Origin: Antedon mediterranea
Taxonomy: Eukaryota > Animalia > Echinodermata
DNA length: 64,000 bases
Reading direction: 5' to 3'
Assembly: GCF_964355755.1 (NCBI RefSeq)
Contig: NC_092670.1
Location: 38,862,388-38,926,387 of the forward strand
The position numbers and the translations under genes were made by a program. Below are positions 26,684 through 41,067 of the stretch, one piece after another. The notes beneath the pieces are model-generated. The model was not told where the DNA came from. It did no database searches and worked only from the letters and a program-made list of their open reading frames with translations. The first letter of the stretch is position 1; every line of letters starts with the position of its first letter.

Positions 26684-27302
26684 AGTTGAAAAGAGTGAAA
26701 GGACAGAGCCCACCAACACCGCCTTTGACACCAACGAGTCAAGCGCTAGCTTCGTCAGCCTTTACTCCAGTAAGTAACCTCGGTTTCCCACCACCTGGCC
26801 TTCAAAAATCAACTGAGCAACTTCCGTTTTTTTCACTGAGCGCAGCTTGGAGTCACGGATATTCGGGGTATCCAGTTATATCGGGCTCGCTTCCCGGAGG
26901 ATTACCGTCAGATTTAATCCCGGGTACGATAACGACAAAGATAGATTCGGGAAAATCCAAAGTATCATCCGTAGTACCGCTTTTCAGAGCGCCACAAAAT
27001 AAGGCACCTAAATTTGACTTTGCTAACCTTGCGGATTCGGCGACGAAGCCATGCAATGCTGATCAGAATCTATTAATCCCAGTCTCGACGAAAATACCAC
27101 ATGTCTCCCGACCAGAAGAACGGAAACGAGGGCGTGGACCGACGAGGGCGAAGAAAGAATTCATCTGCAAATATTGTGGTAGACACTTTACTAAATCATA
27201 TAATTTGCTGATTCATGAGAGAACCCACACTGATGAAAGACCGTACTCGTGCGATATCTGCCATAAAGCCTTCAGGCGACAGGACCATCTAAGGGATCAC
27301 AG
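26684..27302 (+). CDS. Osr: Odd-skipped-related transcription factor, main coding exon (fingers 1-2)
   Basis: Acceptor tttcag at 26683, donor AG|gtaaaa at 27303. Encodes PKFDFANLA (Osr motif) and [51 protein letters not shown], essentially the OSR1/OSR2/bowl/sob finger sequence. No in-exon ATG start, so an upstream exon is needed. Confidence 0.97.
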
Positions 27303-27963
27303 GTAAAAGTTTTCTTCAATATGATTTTTTTTTCTTTTGTAATTAAATTATCCTGTCACCTTGTAAAATTGTGACCGATATCTTTGTATTTTTCTGTTAT
27401 ATTATTGGTATATAGTACAACATTTTCAGCAAATTTTACTTTGTAGCCCATATCCCCCTTGAGAAGTGACCATATTACCTCAAGAGGTGGGGGAGGGGCT
27501 AATACTGTATCTGAAGTAATTAAGGTAGATTAGTTAATACCCACATGGATGGGCTTATATACAAAGATGGGCTTATTCTAGCAATGGTGATGGGTTTATA
27601 TATGAAGATGGGCTTGTTCCAGGAACGGTGTGATAATTGCAATGCCTTTAAATTTAGTTTTCATTTTTTATTATAACAATATATATTATATTAAGGTTTA
27701 TTCTGTATAGCCTTTGAGTTCCTGTTGTTTTATGACTAAACACAGAGGACAATATTACCTCTACCCTTGAACAGTAAACTGACTACAATTTAGCGAATTA
27801 ATTCCTGTAAAAGTGTAGGTATGATTTTTGGAATGTTTCCAACTTATTAGAAGGGGGGTAATTTAATTATTTAAATTTATTTTACCCTTCCAATAATGTC
27901 AATGTTTGTTTTGTTTTATGCTATTTCACTCTGTACTATATACTTCTGTACTAAATTACTTAA

Positions 27964-28122
27964 AGATGTATTGTCCCCCAAAAACATGAAAAATAAGGAT
28001 TTTTAAAAATCACACTTTAAATAGGCCATTTTGCATTTTAATAAAGTTAATCACTTCTGTAAAAAAAACCCAAAATAAGTTATTTCACTTATAAAAAAGT
28101 AAAGGAATTTAATTAATCTTTA
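27964..28122. mobile_element. Kolobok-like MITE family B, partial
   Basis: TTAA-AGATGTATTGTCCCCCAAAAACATGAAAAAT identical to the start of the 6037 copy. Confidence 0.75.
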
Positions 28123-30125
28123 AAGAAATATAAAAATATATTATATGTTCAACATTTAGAAAGCTAATTTAGTTTAAAGCATTTTAATTGGATTGACAAA
28201 AAACAAAATAATTACCTGATAAAACCATTAATTTAAAGAACAAAATATTAAATTAACTGGAAATAATCTGGAAATCTTTTTTAAAAATTAAAACTATTTT
28301 GTCTTTTTATAATTAGAATGTTAGAAAAGTTATATAAATTGAAATTATGTAAAATAAAGTTAAAATAAAACTTTTTTACTGTAAACTAAGTTTTTAGAAA
28401 CTACAGATTTTGTTAGTGAAATCTTAGATACTGAATAACTTTATTTGTCCATTATCATATAAAATAATAATAGAAATTGTTCCTAAAGATTGGCAAATAT
28501 ATATATTTATAGTACAATTAAAAACAGATATATATAAACAAACATAAGAATATACACATGTCATTGCACAAAAACTTAAGTTTAAAAGGGAAAAAAATTA
28601 GATTAAAATAAAACTTTGTTACTGCAAACTTTTAAACAAAGTTTTTAGCATAAACTACAGATTTGGTAGTGAAATCTTAGATACAGTGTATTCCCAGCTC
28701 AGCTGTCTGTTAAAGTATCAAATACACACATAGGAACAATTAATTGCCGAGCTATTTCCCTTCGCCACATATAACAAGCATGTCGAGAGAGATGTTACAC
28801 ACGTACCGCCCAATGAATGCTCGTCTGCTTAGTTTGATTAGGTACTAAGCCAGGTTTGTACTAAGTGCAAGCTTAGGATGATGCTGGCTACTTAATTTGT
28901 GTTGAGAATAGATTTAATAAGATTTGACTGCTAATAGGCCTAAAAAAGAAGGTTTACTTTAATTATTATTTTGTTTATTTTTTATTTATTTATTTATTTA
29001 ATCTGTCTTTATGCTGAATGACACTTTCAGTGCTAAAGCATTGATTTCCAAAGTGGTTCAGTAGAGAACATTAACTAGTTAATTAATTATTAAAAGTAGA
29101 CTAAATATTATGAAATTATAAATCAGGTACAAAATTGAGGCTCACTATACTTGTTAAGTACAGTAGTTTATTAGTCTTAATGATCATAATTCTAAACATT
29201 TACTTGTTTTAGTATTTAGTTTTGTTAAAATAATAATAATTTATCGGAAACTTTACTTTTACAACAGTGACACACTTTGATGATAAGGTGCGTCCAAATA
29301 AAGCATACAAAAATAAATAAAATTATTAACTTAAAATGAATCAAAATAATTGTAAAAATAATATCTACATAATAGAAATCTTTTTCAAAGGCATTTTATT
29401 TAATATATAAATATTTTACTAATTGTATTAGCTATGGTTTTGAAGATGAAAACAACCTCTTTATAGAGAAACAAATACCAAACAGTCAATAAAAACTTGT
29501 GAAATTATTATCAAGTTATCCGCGGACATTCGTAAGCACATCCACAGAGTTTTCATAAATGTTGTGAACTTATAAAGTTCATTGTTAAGTTGACTTTAAA
29601 ACTGCAGAGAAGATGGCAATATTGTTATTATTATATTCTACCATATGAGCAATATACCATTTTTTATTGGGTTTTGTGTGTAAAGAACAATGAACATATC
29701 GTTGTAGTGTTTAGCTGGGTTCAAAGTAATGCAGGTATGACGACCATGTAATGTGCAGAAATGACATATGGTATAATTTCTTTTTTTCAAAACATGCTTA
29801 AAGAATAATAAGTTTTAGTAATATACCGTCCCAGGCAAAGATTAAACCATTAAGACAATGAGATTTAAAAGAGCAAACATTGACAAAAAATCTTCTATAT
29901 TTAGAATTTATTTATTTGCCTTAAGAATGGATTGAAACGGACGGAATGTTATCTGTAAATCTGGTAACCATGACAGCCCATGTTGTCCAGTACTGACCAG
30001 TACGTGTTAAAAGGTGTGTCCTGAACCATTCGTCATATTGACAAACATTTAAGCTGAACAAACATTACTATTATCTAAATGACATCTTATTTTCTCATAC
30101 TTAAGATCTGTTCCACAACGATTTA

Positions 30126-30245
30126 AGCTTTGTCTACACCGTCAAACTAGTTTGACAAAATAAAGTGTACCCAAATATGGTAGTGGTATACCCGAATATG
30201 GTAGTGATATGAAATCACATAAAGTTTGAAAGTGTAGACAGGGCT
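30126..30245. mobile_element. MITE family A, copy 7
   Basis: TIRs with TTA/TTA flanks. Confidence 0.8.
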
Positions 30246-32307
30246 TTAGTTGCACATCTGCTTTTGTTTGAACACAAGGGGAAGGGGGGGGGGCTTTATT
30301 AAATATCAATAATATGGAATTTTGTTATTGTATAGTGCTTTGTTATTGATTAAATGTAAATGCCTATATGGACCGTCCTTATTGGCTTAACTGGAATTTG
30401 CTCTACAAACTCTACTACCATGATCACGTGGAGGACATCCCATCTTTTGTTTTTATAAAATGTACCAAATTCTACCAAATTTAGAACAAAGGGACTAGTC
30501 ACGGAGGGGTAGGATGATGGTAGAAATGGTAAAGCATCTTGCTTGACGTTAAAATAAAGATGGTGCAACAAGTTTTATTTCTTGTGGCATAAGAGACTGA
30601 ATCCTAACACCATTGTGCCATAAATTATTATTACAAAAAATATTAAACTATAAACAAAATTCTATGTTTGGCATTATCAAATACTATAGTCTTTATTTTT
30701 AATATGTATACAACAATGCTTTTAGCTTTTGCTGCTTTTTGTATTATTTTTTTACGCCAAAATAAATAACAAATAAAAAAAAAAGAGAATCTTCTTAACC
30801 TTACAATACATGGATCTAAGAATTTTAAACGATTTAAAATACTTCACTGTTAAAAATAAAAACCACATGTTAGATTTCGGAGTATCTATCCATTCGTGTG
30901 TTTGACACGTAAATGATGATCATACAGTATAGTACCTGACACAGGATGCTATTTTTCTAATAGATGTGTCAAACTGTATGATTTTTAAAGATATTTGTCA
31001 AAGTAATCTCACGTTATTCTTGATGCAGGTCAAACTTTATAGGAAAATATAATGTTGTAGCACATACTTTAATTTTGTTATTAAGAAAAACTTTTGCAGA
31101 ATCTTTATTGATTATTAACGCAACGATTGCAATATAATGTATACAAACATATTGATCATTTTGCAGGCAAATTATTTCAAATATGGAAGTAAGCTTACAC
31201 CTATATAAACTTTATTTATTCATGAGACTGATGTACAGCACAACTCATTCAATCAACAATAATTGTTTTTACACAAGTTTGTGATGTTACAAAATTAATA
31301 AATACGAAAAAGAAAGAAAAATTTGAAAAGAAAATTACAGCAGAATCCCTTTTTTTGGAAACTCCAAATATTGAAGTGAGCTTATACTAGTCTTGTGTGG
31401 GCTTATTCTCGAGTCTACGATAATTTCAATAACAAAAAAATATTTGATATATCAATCATTATAAGATAAAATATTCCAACAAGAGAAAGAAGTACGTACA
31501 TACTTGAATTGTTATCAACTTATCAGGAACTGTAAGTGCCGGAAGCTGGCTTTGGATTAATTAAAAGAAAGTTAGCATAATAACTGTGATAAGCATATCA
31601 CCTGTCATATTAGTAGCTGATTGGTGATCACGATGATTTTGACGTTTTGTGTACCCTCTGTCACGGCACTTCTCACATAGTTTGACATCATCATATTTAC
31701 ACCAACAACAGTTCTATTTCTCTTATCATCTGTCAGTCAAAAATTATCATGACAAGGCTTTTGTTTTCGAGAGTTGTTAATGATAACTGGAATCATGTAG
31801 GCAGTTTTTGATTGAGTGGGAGTTTAAAGCGTTGCTAGATAACGCGGCTGGACGTGCGTGACATGGTGGCTCGAATATTTACGATTTTTAAACAATGAAA
31901 TGGCAGGTTTGTCATTCACAAATTTGATTGTTTATTGAGAAAATTATTAATAAGTTTTACGACAAACAATCGCTGAAATATTGTAATTGTTTGCGAAGGA
32001 AAATTATTGATAATCATCGTCTTCATCGGGCAACTAATTTATGCACTTGAACGCCACGCCGTTTGTCAACAACAAAGTTGAAGTTTTTATGAAAAGCGTG
32101 AAATCTATTATCTTTTGATCTACTTATGAAATTAATTGTTCTTTATTTCATGATAAATGTATGTAGAACTCAATTAATGGTATTCATACAAATAGCAACT
32201 AATAGTACAATAAATACCAATATAACTACATTACAATCCTATTACAGTACTAGGATATTTAATTTGATATATATTATATTTATCTATCTATCTTTGTCCA
32301 AGTACTC

Positions 32308-32550
32308 TTGCTTGCACTGATGAAATCTGGCTATTTTACGTTTTGATTTAGCATTTCGCTTTTTTTTTTTATCTCCATTGAGATACAGCCACTGAAACCC
32401 ACAGCATTGTCATTTTTCAGTAATTTGCCCTTGGATTTATATATAATATATGTATATATAGACACAAAGTAGGATGAAGGGCTAGTGCTGCCTGAAAGCT
32501 CTGCTAACATTTCTGGCTGTTTTACTTTATCGTTTTGACTTAGCTTTTCG
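32308..32550 (+). mobile_element. Penelope-like terminal-repeat fragment, partial tandem arrangement with broken hammerhead
   Basis: Homologous to 1595-1780; first unit keeps cttgcactgatgaa but lacks stem II/GAAA; second unit (32472-) has gatgaagggctagtgctgcctgaaagctctgc. Confidence 0.65.
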
Positions 32551-32614
32551 GTAACTGGTATATTAAGAGTATGCTCAGACATAAAGAGTTATGGTATCAT
32601 TTTTAAAATACATT

Positions 32615-32950
32615 AGCATATAGTGATGTTTTGAGATTGATAGCTGTTCAGACTAGTGGAGCATTTAATTGTAGGTGGATTCCGCTAATCTTTCTGTAGT
32701 TCAGAGTTATGGAGTAACATGGTTTTATATTGAAAAAACATATTAATGTTTTGAGATTATCTTAAAGCAGTTCAGACTAGTGGAGCATTTAATTGTAGGT
32801 GGATTCCGCTAATCTTTTTGTAATTCAGAGTTATTGGAGTAAAATGGTTTTATATTGAAAAAACATATAGTGATGTTTTGAGATTTATCTTAAAGCTGTT
32901 CAGACTAGTGGAGCATTTATTTGCAGGTGGATTCCGCTAATCTTTCTATA
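32615..32950. repeat. Tandem repeat, ~125 bp unit x~3
   Basis: ttcagactagtggagcattta.ttg.aggtggattccgctaatc at ~32647, 32771, 32899. Confidence 0.85.
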
Positions 32951-35267
32951 CAATGGAGTTATTCGGCACATACAATACAAATTCATAGGTCTGAACAATC
33001 GGTGTCATGTTCAGCAGAGGTGATATTCTTTTGGTTGAATGTTAAATGTTGCGTCTTGACAAAACATCGGCCGGCAGAAGCTGATACGATGTGGCAGGGA
33101 GTTAATCCTACTAGATAATAGAGTCAATCGCCACTCATCTCAAAACTATCAAACGCGCTTTATTTGTTAGTTCTATACAGATTACTCCCAATGACTCACG
33201 TTCATATTTAGTCTTTATAACTATTTACAGATGTTCCCGCTGAAATTTTACAGTGCATTATTTGTGAAATCATTGAGATTTGTGACATTTGTTATTCCCA
33301 GGCCCCAATCTTATTCATGTTTATTTGATGTTTTTTTAAAGGATTCATAAAAAATGGTTTTCGAAATGTTCTAGTTTTTATGCAGATTATTTCGTAACAT
33401 TTAAACATCGTAACCGTGACTTATCCTCGTAAAAGTTTAAGATGTTAATCAAATAACTACTGCTTCTGTTACTGCCAACAAACAATAAGATATAAAAATA
33501 AATAGCATGGTAATTATAAAGCCTAATATTATTTAATATTCTATTGACATCATAGAGCAACCTAGAAAAGACTTAAATCGTCCTTGGGACCAGCTATAGG
33601 GAATTCAGTGACTTAATGCTATTCCGCCGAAAAGTCTTCCGATACTTATCTCCAACTTTTTGGCTTCTCAACTTGATGAAGATCCTTCAGTGTTTACTAT
33701 TTATTTACTTAGTGCACTGATTTTCAAAGTGGTACCGTAAAGATCCTTTGCTATTTCTTTTATTTTCTTTTAGTGTTACTAAATCTTAAATTTGAAAATT
33801 TAGTTGGGTTATGGGAAGATTCTTCTTCTTCTTGCTATGGATTAGTTGTAATTGCTGTCTGTAAAATATAAATTTATTGACTAACTATATAGATACAAAC
33901 AAATTAAACTGGTCAAATTTAAGATAAGAAAAGATAAATCTTTATTGTCATGACCACAACAAGGCGAACAAGAGGGATAAAATACATTATCTTTGAAAAT
34001 GTTGAGTTGGAGACATGTATTGTGGACAAAAGGATAGATAAAATAGAAATTGTTTTAGACACAGATTCATTTAATTCTAAATAAATATTCTTGGTATCTT
34101 TGAAACCAATTTAGTAATATTTAAAAAACTTATTGTTTTTTTTCTATCTTTTGTTTAATTTAGTAAATGTAATATTTTAGTAGGCTTATTCTTTTTGTCT
34201 GACCTATGTTAATACTTCTTCTGCAGCTGATTTGACATTTTGACCTTATGTGGTATCCATATTGACACTTAGTTTGCTTGTCCACACGAAACAATATCGA
34301 TTCATCTCTACACGCACGTTGGCATATTAACAGCCATGCAAACTGCTATAATAGGAATTTTATTTTTATCATTTGGTCACTTCCTCCGAAAACAAATAAA
34401 CAGCATAACATTGAGAACAGAAGCTTAAGTATCACCACACCCTTGGTAACGGTTACGTCACGAGAAAACCGCGCTATAAACGAAGGCAGATGGGTTGATG
34501 ATCAGACGTATAAGTGACTGATACGTTGTTAAAATGCATGGTCACGTATTCCATATAGATGCTACATTAACCACTGTACATCAACCGATGTGCAGTGTTA
34601 GCTTTACTTGTGTCGTTTTAAGTCAACATAATTTTTCTAAGTTTGGCTAGAATATATGATATCTCAAGTGTTTATTTGCCTCTTCCAAATATTTGGAATG
34701 ACCCATAGAATATTTTTGCGGTGTTCGTGGCAAAGTATACAGATTTCAATTGTCTTCTGATTACAGAAGTTTTACGTGATACAGCTTAAGAATCTGAGCA
34801 TTGTCATACAATTACTATTGTTATAGTATGATCAAAGCTAAATAAACTGATTTAAAACAAAGGTTAACCCGATAATATAATTTAATATTAGTTTATCATA
34901 TTTATTTGTAAATAATATAAATATTTTAGAATTTGATTAAACTTTAATCAACATTAGTCATAATCATATGTTACTTTTATATAATAATATATATTATATA
35001 ATAACTTTAAAAATAGATAATCTATGTTTTAGCCGACATCCAAACATGACTTGCAGTATCCATGAGCTGTTTTAAACTTTTTTAAAAACTCATATTTTCA
35101 TTCTTTTTATTTTTATAAATAAATTGTATATTAAATTGTAGCATTTTACTGTAATTAAAGCTACATTTTAATCTTTCTATTAGTCGTTTCAACATTTTAT
35201 GGAATATTTTTTTTAAATTTAATGTGTTATTATTTGAACATATTGCTTTAAATATCATTACATGTAA

Positions 35268-35429
35268 AGTTCTGTCTACACTATCAAACTTTATGTGACA
35301 AAAAAATGCGATGTGCCCTAATATGGACATGATGATGTCATATCACTACCATATTTGGGCATATCATAATAATACCATATTTCGACACAATTTATTTTAT
35401 CAAACTAGTTTGATAATGTAGACAGAGCT
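35268..35429. mobile_element. MITE family A, copy 8
   Basis: Both TIRs and core. Confidence 0.8.
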
Positions 35430-35954
35430 TTATTTTCAAACAAGTGACTGTCAAATACGCATCTGAGTCAACATTAACATTAGCATGTTTCTTTTATTTT
35501 TAATTTTTATTATTTACGGTAACAAGATAGGAGAAATCTTATCAGATTCGATTTCATAACAAAAAAGTTACAAAGTAAAAGTTTACCCAGATAATGATCA
35601 ATTTCCTAATTGGCTCCTTGATGTCTTAATGAAGCATAAGACAACACGGCTGTATTGTTTTATGTATTATATCAGTAACCTTTGTAATATTTCATACTAC
35701 TTATTTTGTTATTGTTTGTTGCTGAAACTAGATCGTAATTAATACAGTATGCTGGTAGTAGTGTGGCATGCTTTCTGATATGCGTTAATACACAGTTGGT
35801 CAGTGTAAAGTTTATGGCTCGGTTTTTTTCGACCAGCACTTAATTCTAAGAAGTGTCCTCGAAAACTAGATTAAATATGTCAACTGCAATTTACAGTAAT
35901 TAATTGTTTGTTTTTAAGTTGCATTTTATTTGTGCTAGCATTTTTGTTTAACAT

Positions 35955-36104
35955 CAGTGGTGTAACGCAGATGCCTGAGGCCTTGGGCGTTCTTAGCCTT
36001 TTTGGACATATTTTAATGCCTGTTTTTTCCTATGGGCTCAGGGGCCCAATAAGATCCGGGGCCCCTGGGTTTAGCTAGTGAGCGCTCAAGTCATTATGCC
36101 ACTG
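35955..36104. mobile_element. hAT-like MITE
   Basis: CAGTGGTGTAA...TTATGCCACTG termini with an exact 8-bp target duplication TTTAACAT (35947-35954, 36105-36112); GGGCCC-rich interior. Confidence 0.8.
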
Positions 36105-36318
36105 TTTAACATATATTTAGTGTGTGCATAGAAGAACATATTGTCTTGTCTGAAGGAACAATCAAAATTTCTGTTTTTATGCGAGAATTGTCAGAATTAG
36201 TTTGCATGCCGATCCATAGATACGTAGACACATAGATAGAAGAATAGATAGATCAAGATTTAGCTCGTAGAATCAAAGGTAAAGTGAATCCTGTATTCAT
36301 TCTAAATGTATGGAAATA

Positions 36319-36449
36319 AGCTATATATGGTAGTGATATGCCCAAATATGGTAGTGATATGCCCAAATATGGTAGTGATATGACCTCATCATGTTCATAT
36401 ATGGATACATTACATTTTTTTTGTCACATTTGATAGTGTAGACAGGGCT
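36319..36449. mobile_element. MITE family A, copy 9
   Basis: Right TIR and 21-bp units; about 100 bp upstream of the last Osr acceptor. Confidence 0.8.
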
Positions 36450-36495
36450 TAATACCATTTGAGTAATTACTACTACTGTTAATATGATAATTTGA

Positions 36496-36822
<327 letters not shown>

Positions 36823-37429
36823 GCGTCTAGAAGATAAAGGCACACTTCATGCATTCCAACTCAGGGTTTTGTCACAGTCGGGGTGGGTGGATCGTTTACC
36901 TTACTTAAAATTATGAAGGGATAAAAAGTTAGTATAAAAAAAACGGAGATTTAAGTGTTAATGTTTACTTTAGTTTAAATAGAGGGAGTAAAAACTGTTA
37001 AAATATGTGTGAACAGTTTTTAAAATAATGGTTTTGAAAGAATATACCATTAAAATGAGCGAAAAGTGTGAAATACATATTATTATGATAATTTGAAATT
37101 CATAAGCAAAGTATCAAAAGTGATGATTTATAAATAATTGTAATAAATTGTATATTTTATAAAAAAATTATTACGTAAAATTAGTTAAACCCTGTAAAAA
37201 TATGTACAAAATTCTTTTTAATAAAAAGGGAAAGAAACTTGTTCTTGAAGAAGGTAAAAGGAAATATCGGTTGAAAGCACAGGAGGTCTTCCTATCTGCA
37301 TCCAATTGTTTATAAAGGTATTTTATCTAAAGGACCTGTAGTACTTTATTCTATACATCCTTATCCACACCTACGGATAAGGGTGTGCTCATTGTGTTTA
37401 ATAAAGGTTAGTATAGTTATATTCATATT

Positions 37430-38075
37430 AGCTTCCATGTGTTTTCTACGACTTCCTCAAGGATTGCTTCCAAGATAAAACAATCGCCTTGTAGATGAAC
37501 ACTCCCTCAAGTAGCCAAACCTATCCCAAGTCGCTACCTTTGTTGGTAGCTTCAGTGTTATTTCTATTACTCGTAGCTTCCATATAATTTGAATTACTTC
37601 CTATAGGATTCTTTTCAAGATAAACTCCTTGATGGTGGACACTCCCTCAAGTAGACAAACCTATCCAAATCATCTCCGTATTTAAAATTTGAAGAGTTTT
37701 AATGTTGTTTCAATTCCTGGTGGTAGCATCCATATAATTTGAATTATTTCCTATAGGATTCTTTTTAAGATAAACTCCTTGATGGTGGACACTCCCTCAA
37801 GTAGACAAACCTATCCAAATCATCTCCGTATTTAAAATTTGAAGAGTTTTAATTGTTGTTTCTATTTCTGGTGGTAGCATCCATATAATTTGAATTATTT
37901 CCTATAGGATTCTTTTTAAGATAAACTCCTTGATGGTGGACACTCCCTCAAGTAGACAAACCTATCCAAATCATTTCCGTATTTAAAACTTGAAGAGTTT
38001 TAATTGTTGTTTCTATTTCTGGTGGTAGCTTCCATGTGTTTTGTACAATTTCTTATTAGATTTCTTTTTAAAGAT
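37430..38075. repeat. Tandem repeat, ~150-bp unit x~4
   Basis: gatggtggacactccctcaagtagacaaacctatccaaatc at ~37631, 37781, 37932 with a diverged first unit near 37494. Confidence 0.9.
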
Positions 38076-38523
38076 GAACTCTCACTCAGTTTCTTCAGTC
38101 AATCTAATTGTCTATAAGCCAACAGAATTACCCCTTTTTTATCTTGATTTAGTCAAACCAGGGAGTTGCAACAAACCAGGAAGAGACGTTAAATTATATA
38201 AATACTTAATTTTCACACTTTATTATTCAAATTTTATTTTACATACTTTATAAGCCAAAATAATTATAAACATTTATATTCGTCAGACACGGTGGCCAGC
38301 AGGCAGCAACGTGTAGGCCTACCGCTAGGGAAGTTATACTTCTTGATCACTTCCTCAATGTGGCTATTGAGTGTCTATCAATCACTTGCATTCCCCCAAA
38401 TAAATTAACCTACCCATACTTAATCTATGATACCAATCAAGCTAACCGATCTTTAAAAAATATTTTAAAATTTAAATTCAAATGGTTTTTTAAAACTATA
38501 TAGGCCTCAATTTGGTTATATAA

Positions 38524-38665
38524 AGCTCTGTATGCACTATAAAACTTTATGTGACAGAAAAATGTGATGTGCCCATATATTACTACCATATTTAAGCATA
38601 TCACCACCATATTTGGGTACATCACACTTTTGTTGTCAAACGAGTTTGATAGTGTAGACAGAGCT
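38524..38665. mobile_element. MITE family A, copy 10
   Basis: TIRs with TAA/TAA flanks. Confidence 0.85.
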
Positions 38666-40257
38666 TAAGATAGTAAATAAAATAGCTATCCAAGCAAAAT
38701 TTAATAACATTTTAAAAACATTAAAACAATGTTTTTATATTAAATAAAAAGCTATAAAAAAACATTTATACTACAATTATTATTATTCATACATTTGAAC
38801 CACACATTTTTACTGCATTTTTTTGATTTGAAAACAGTTTTGTATTTTATCGTTTAATTCTTTCTACATTCTTTCAACACTATTTATTAATATATACATT
38901 TTTGAACCCAATTTGTAAAATGAATCCTAACTTTATGTATTGTAAATAGATCGTGTAACTTTTTATCTGTTTAGCATATTGTTGTAAATACAGAATGAAT
39001 AGATATTGATTGAAATATAATTATTTAAAATTAATTTGTAACAAAATTAATGTAATCTATATATTCTATACCAATAAATAATGGTGCTGATTAAATGATT
39101 GGTGGATTATATTAATTATAATACACCTGAGTGTATATCCTTACTATCTTTATTGGTTAATTTTGTAACATGTGCCGTGCATTATTTAGTTCTATTGCAT
39201 GGTAAAACTTCTGATTCATAATTCTAGTGCACACTCAACTTTTGTAAACATTTTGAGAATGTTGAAGGTTGGTGAATGTTTTGCGTATGGAAAACCAACT
39301 TGTAGTGTATGCTGTATCTAAGAACTTTAAACTGCGACCAAATTCTGAATGTTATAAATCTTGTTACATAAATCCTCTCATTTCAAATAATCTTTATTCT
39401 ATTGAATAATTTACAATTTATTATAAAAGTATAGCAATAATTGTAACAAATTCACATTAAAACAAAGTATACTTTTTTGTGCTATTATATAAATAATAAA
39501 AAGAAATTTATAATTAAAAAAAATAAAATATATTGCTGCTAAGTTCATCAAAATACTTTTAAATGAATATACATATGATTAAACTATGAGATGTATTTTC
39601 TGTGAAATTATAGGCAAAATATTTTTGATGAAAAATTTAATAAAATAATTTTATATAAGTAGAATTCGTTGAAATTCTACAAGTCATTGATTTAAATGGT
39701 GCTGAAATTAAATACAAATTATTTATTTTTATGATAAATATCAAATATTGATAATTAGTAATTATTATTGTATACATTGTAGATAAGCATGTCAAGATTT
39801 TCTACTCCAGTAACTGCAACAACTTCAATATAATTACTGCAGTAATAATATTAATTTACTTTTATTCAACAAAAACCACTTCCAAAGTTAGAAGCCATGG
39901 TCAAATGAGACCAGATTATATGCAACTTTTACAATACTGTATAATACAATTACAACAAAATATGATCAAAAACTGACCAAAAAATTAACAATTACTGCAG
40001 TAGAATATTATTAACATTATTTCTAAAAGCTGTAAAATAAATTAAGTACATCTTTGTAGAATGTAAGTTTTGTATGTAGATAGTAATGTGTATCTCTTGT
40101 TAATGTTCTTGTAACATTTAGAATCATGTTGTTAATGTTCTTGTAACATTTAGAATCATGTATTTATGTTTTATTGTTCATACAGTAGGTAGAACAATGT
40201 TAAAAGAAATGTAATATAGGTCAAAGTTCAATAAAATATTTAAATATTTGCATACAA

Positions 40258-40653
40258 CAATAGAACCCCTCCCTGTTCAGAGGACACACCCCTAATGAAG
40301 GCAGAATTCGTCAATCATGCCATTAAGTGACACTAAGTGGCTATAGACACTATGCATGTGAAATTAATTTTTCGTTTTCACAAAGATTCACCAATGTTTA
40401 GCCTTAACATACGAGTTCATTAATTAACAAGATTACAATAAAATTACACCTTTTATTAGCTGATTTATCTATTTTACATGCGTGTAAATAAAATATATAA
40501 ATAACATTTCTTTAAGCTAAAATTATGTGTTTCGTGAAGGTCTCTACTAAACCGCATTTTTCGCAAAACGTGAATCAAATTACTGTGTTGTTAGTGCCTC
40601 TTTGTGGTATCGCTGACACATTTGGTGGTGTCCCCTTAATAGGGGTTTTATTG
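40258..40653. mobile_element. pogo/Tigger-like MITE
   Basis: CAATAGAACCCCT..GGACAC / GTGTCC..AGGGGTTTTATTG-TA imperfect TIRs. Confidence 0.55.
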
Positions 40654-40707
40654 TAATATTTAACCATAATAATAATATTGTATCAAATAGTTTGAAGTTT
40701 GTATTAT

Positions 40708-40860
40708 ACAGATATTGCCTGCTTAGAGGTGAAATATAAGATTTGACATCCCCAAGGGAATGATATTATGTTCGAGGAAATATATAATTCCCGAGAACAT
40801 AATATCATTCCGAGGGGATGTTAAATCTTATATTTTACCGATATAAAAGGCGATATCTGT
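40708..40860. repeat. Long imperfect palindrome (fold-back element)
   Basis: acagatattgcct..ggtgaaatataagatttgacatcccc..ggaatgatattatgttc pairs with gaacataatatcattcc..ggggatgttaaatcttatattttacc..aggcgatatctgt. Confidence 0.85.
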
Positions 40861-41067
40861 TATATTGCATAACTAATGCATTCTATGAAGATGACTGTTA
40901 TTGTACAACTGGAAACATTTATAAAAACTCAGTGAAGTGATATCCAGTTGAACACATTGGCAGATCATATCTTCAAATGCTTTAGGATTTTATATAAACT
41001 TCATTATAGTCTTAGTTAAAGAAATACATCATTTAAGGTGTTTACAATTACATTTTTAACAAACTAA

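Noticed and set aside
27230-27250. CTGATGA in the Osr exon (also 17438 and 41833) as hammerheads
   Set aside because: No stem II followed by GAAA; the first is simply coding sequence.
26686-27306. ORF-track start (TTG) and stop for Osr
   Set aside because: The start lies just after a splice acceptor and the stop is inside the donor; this is an internal exon.
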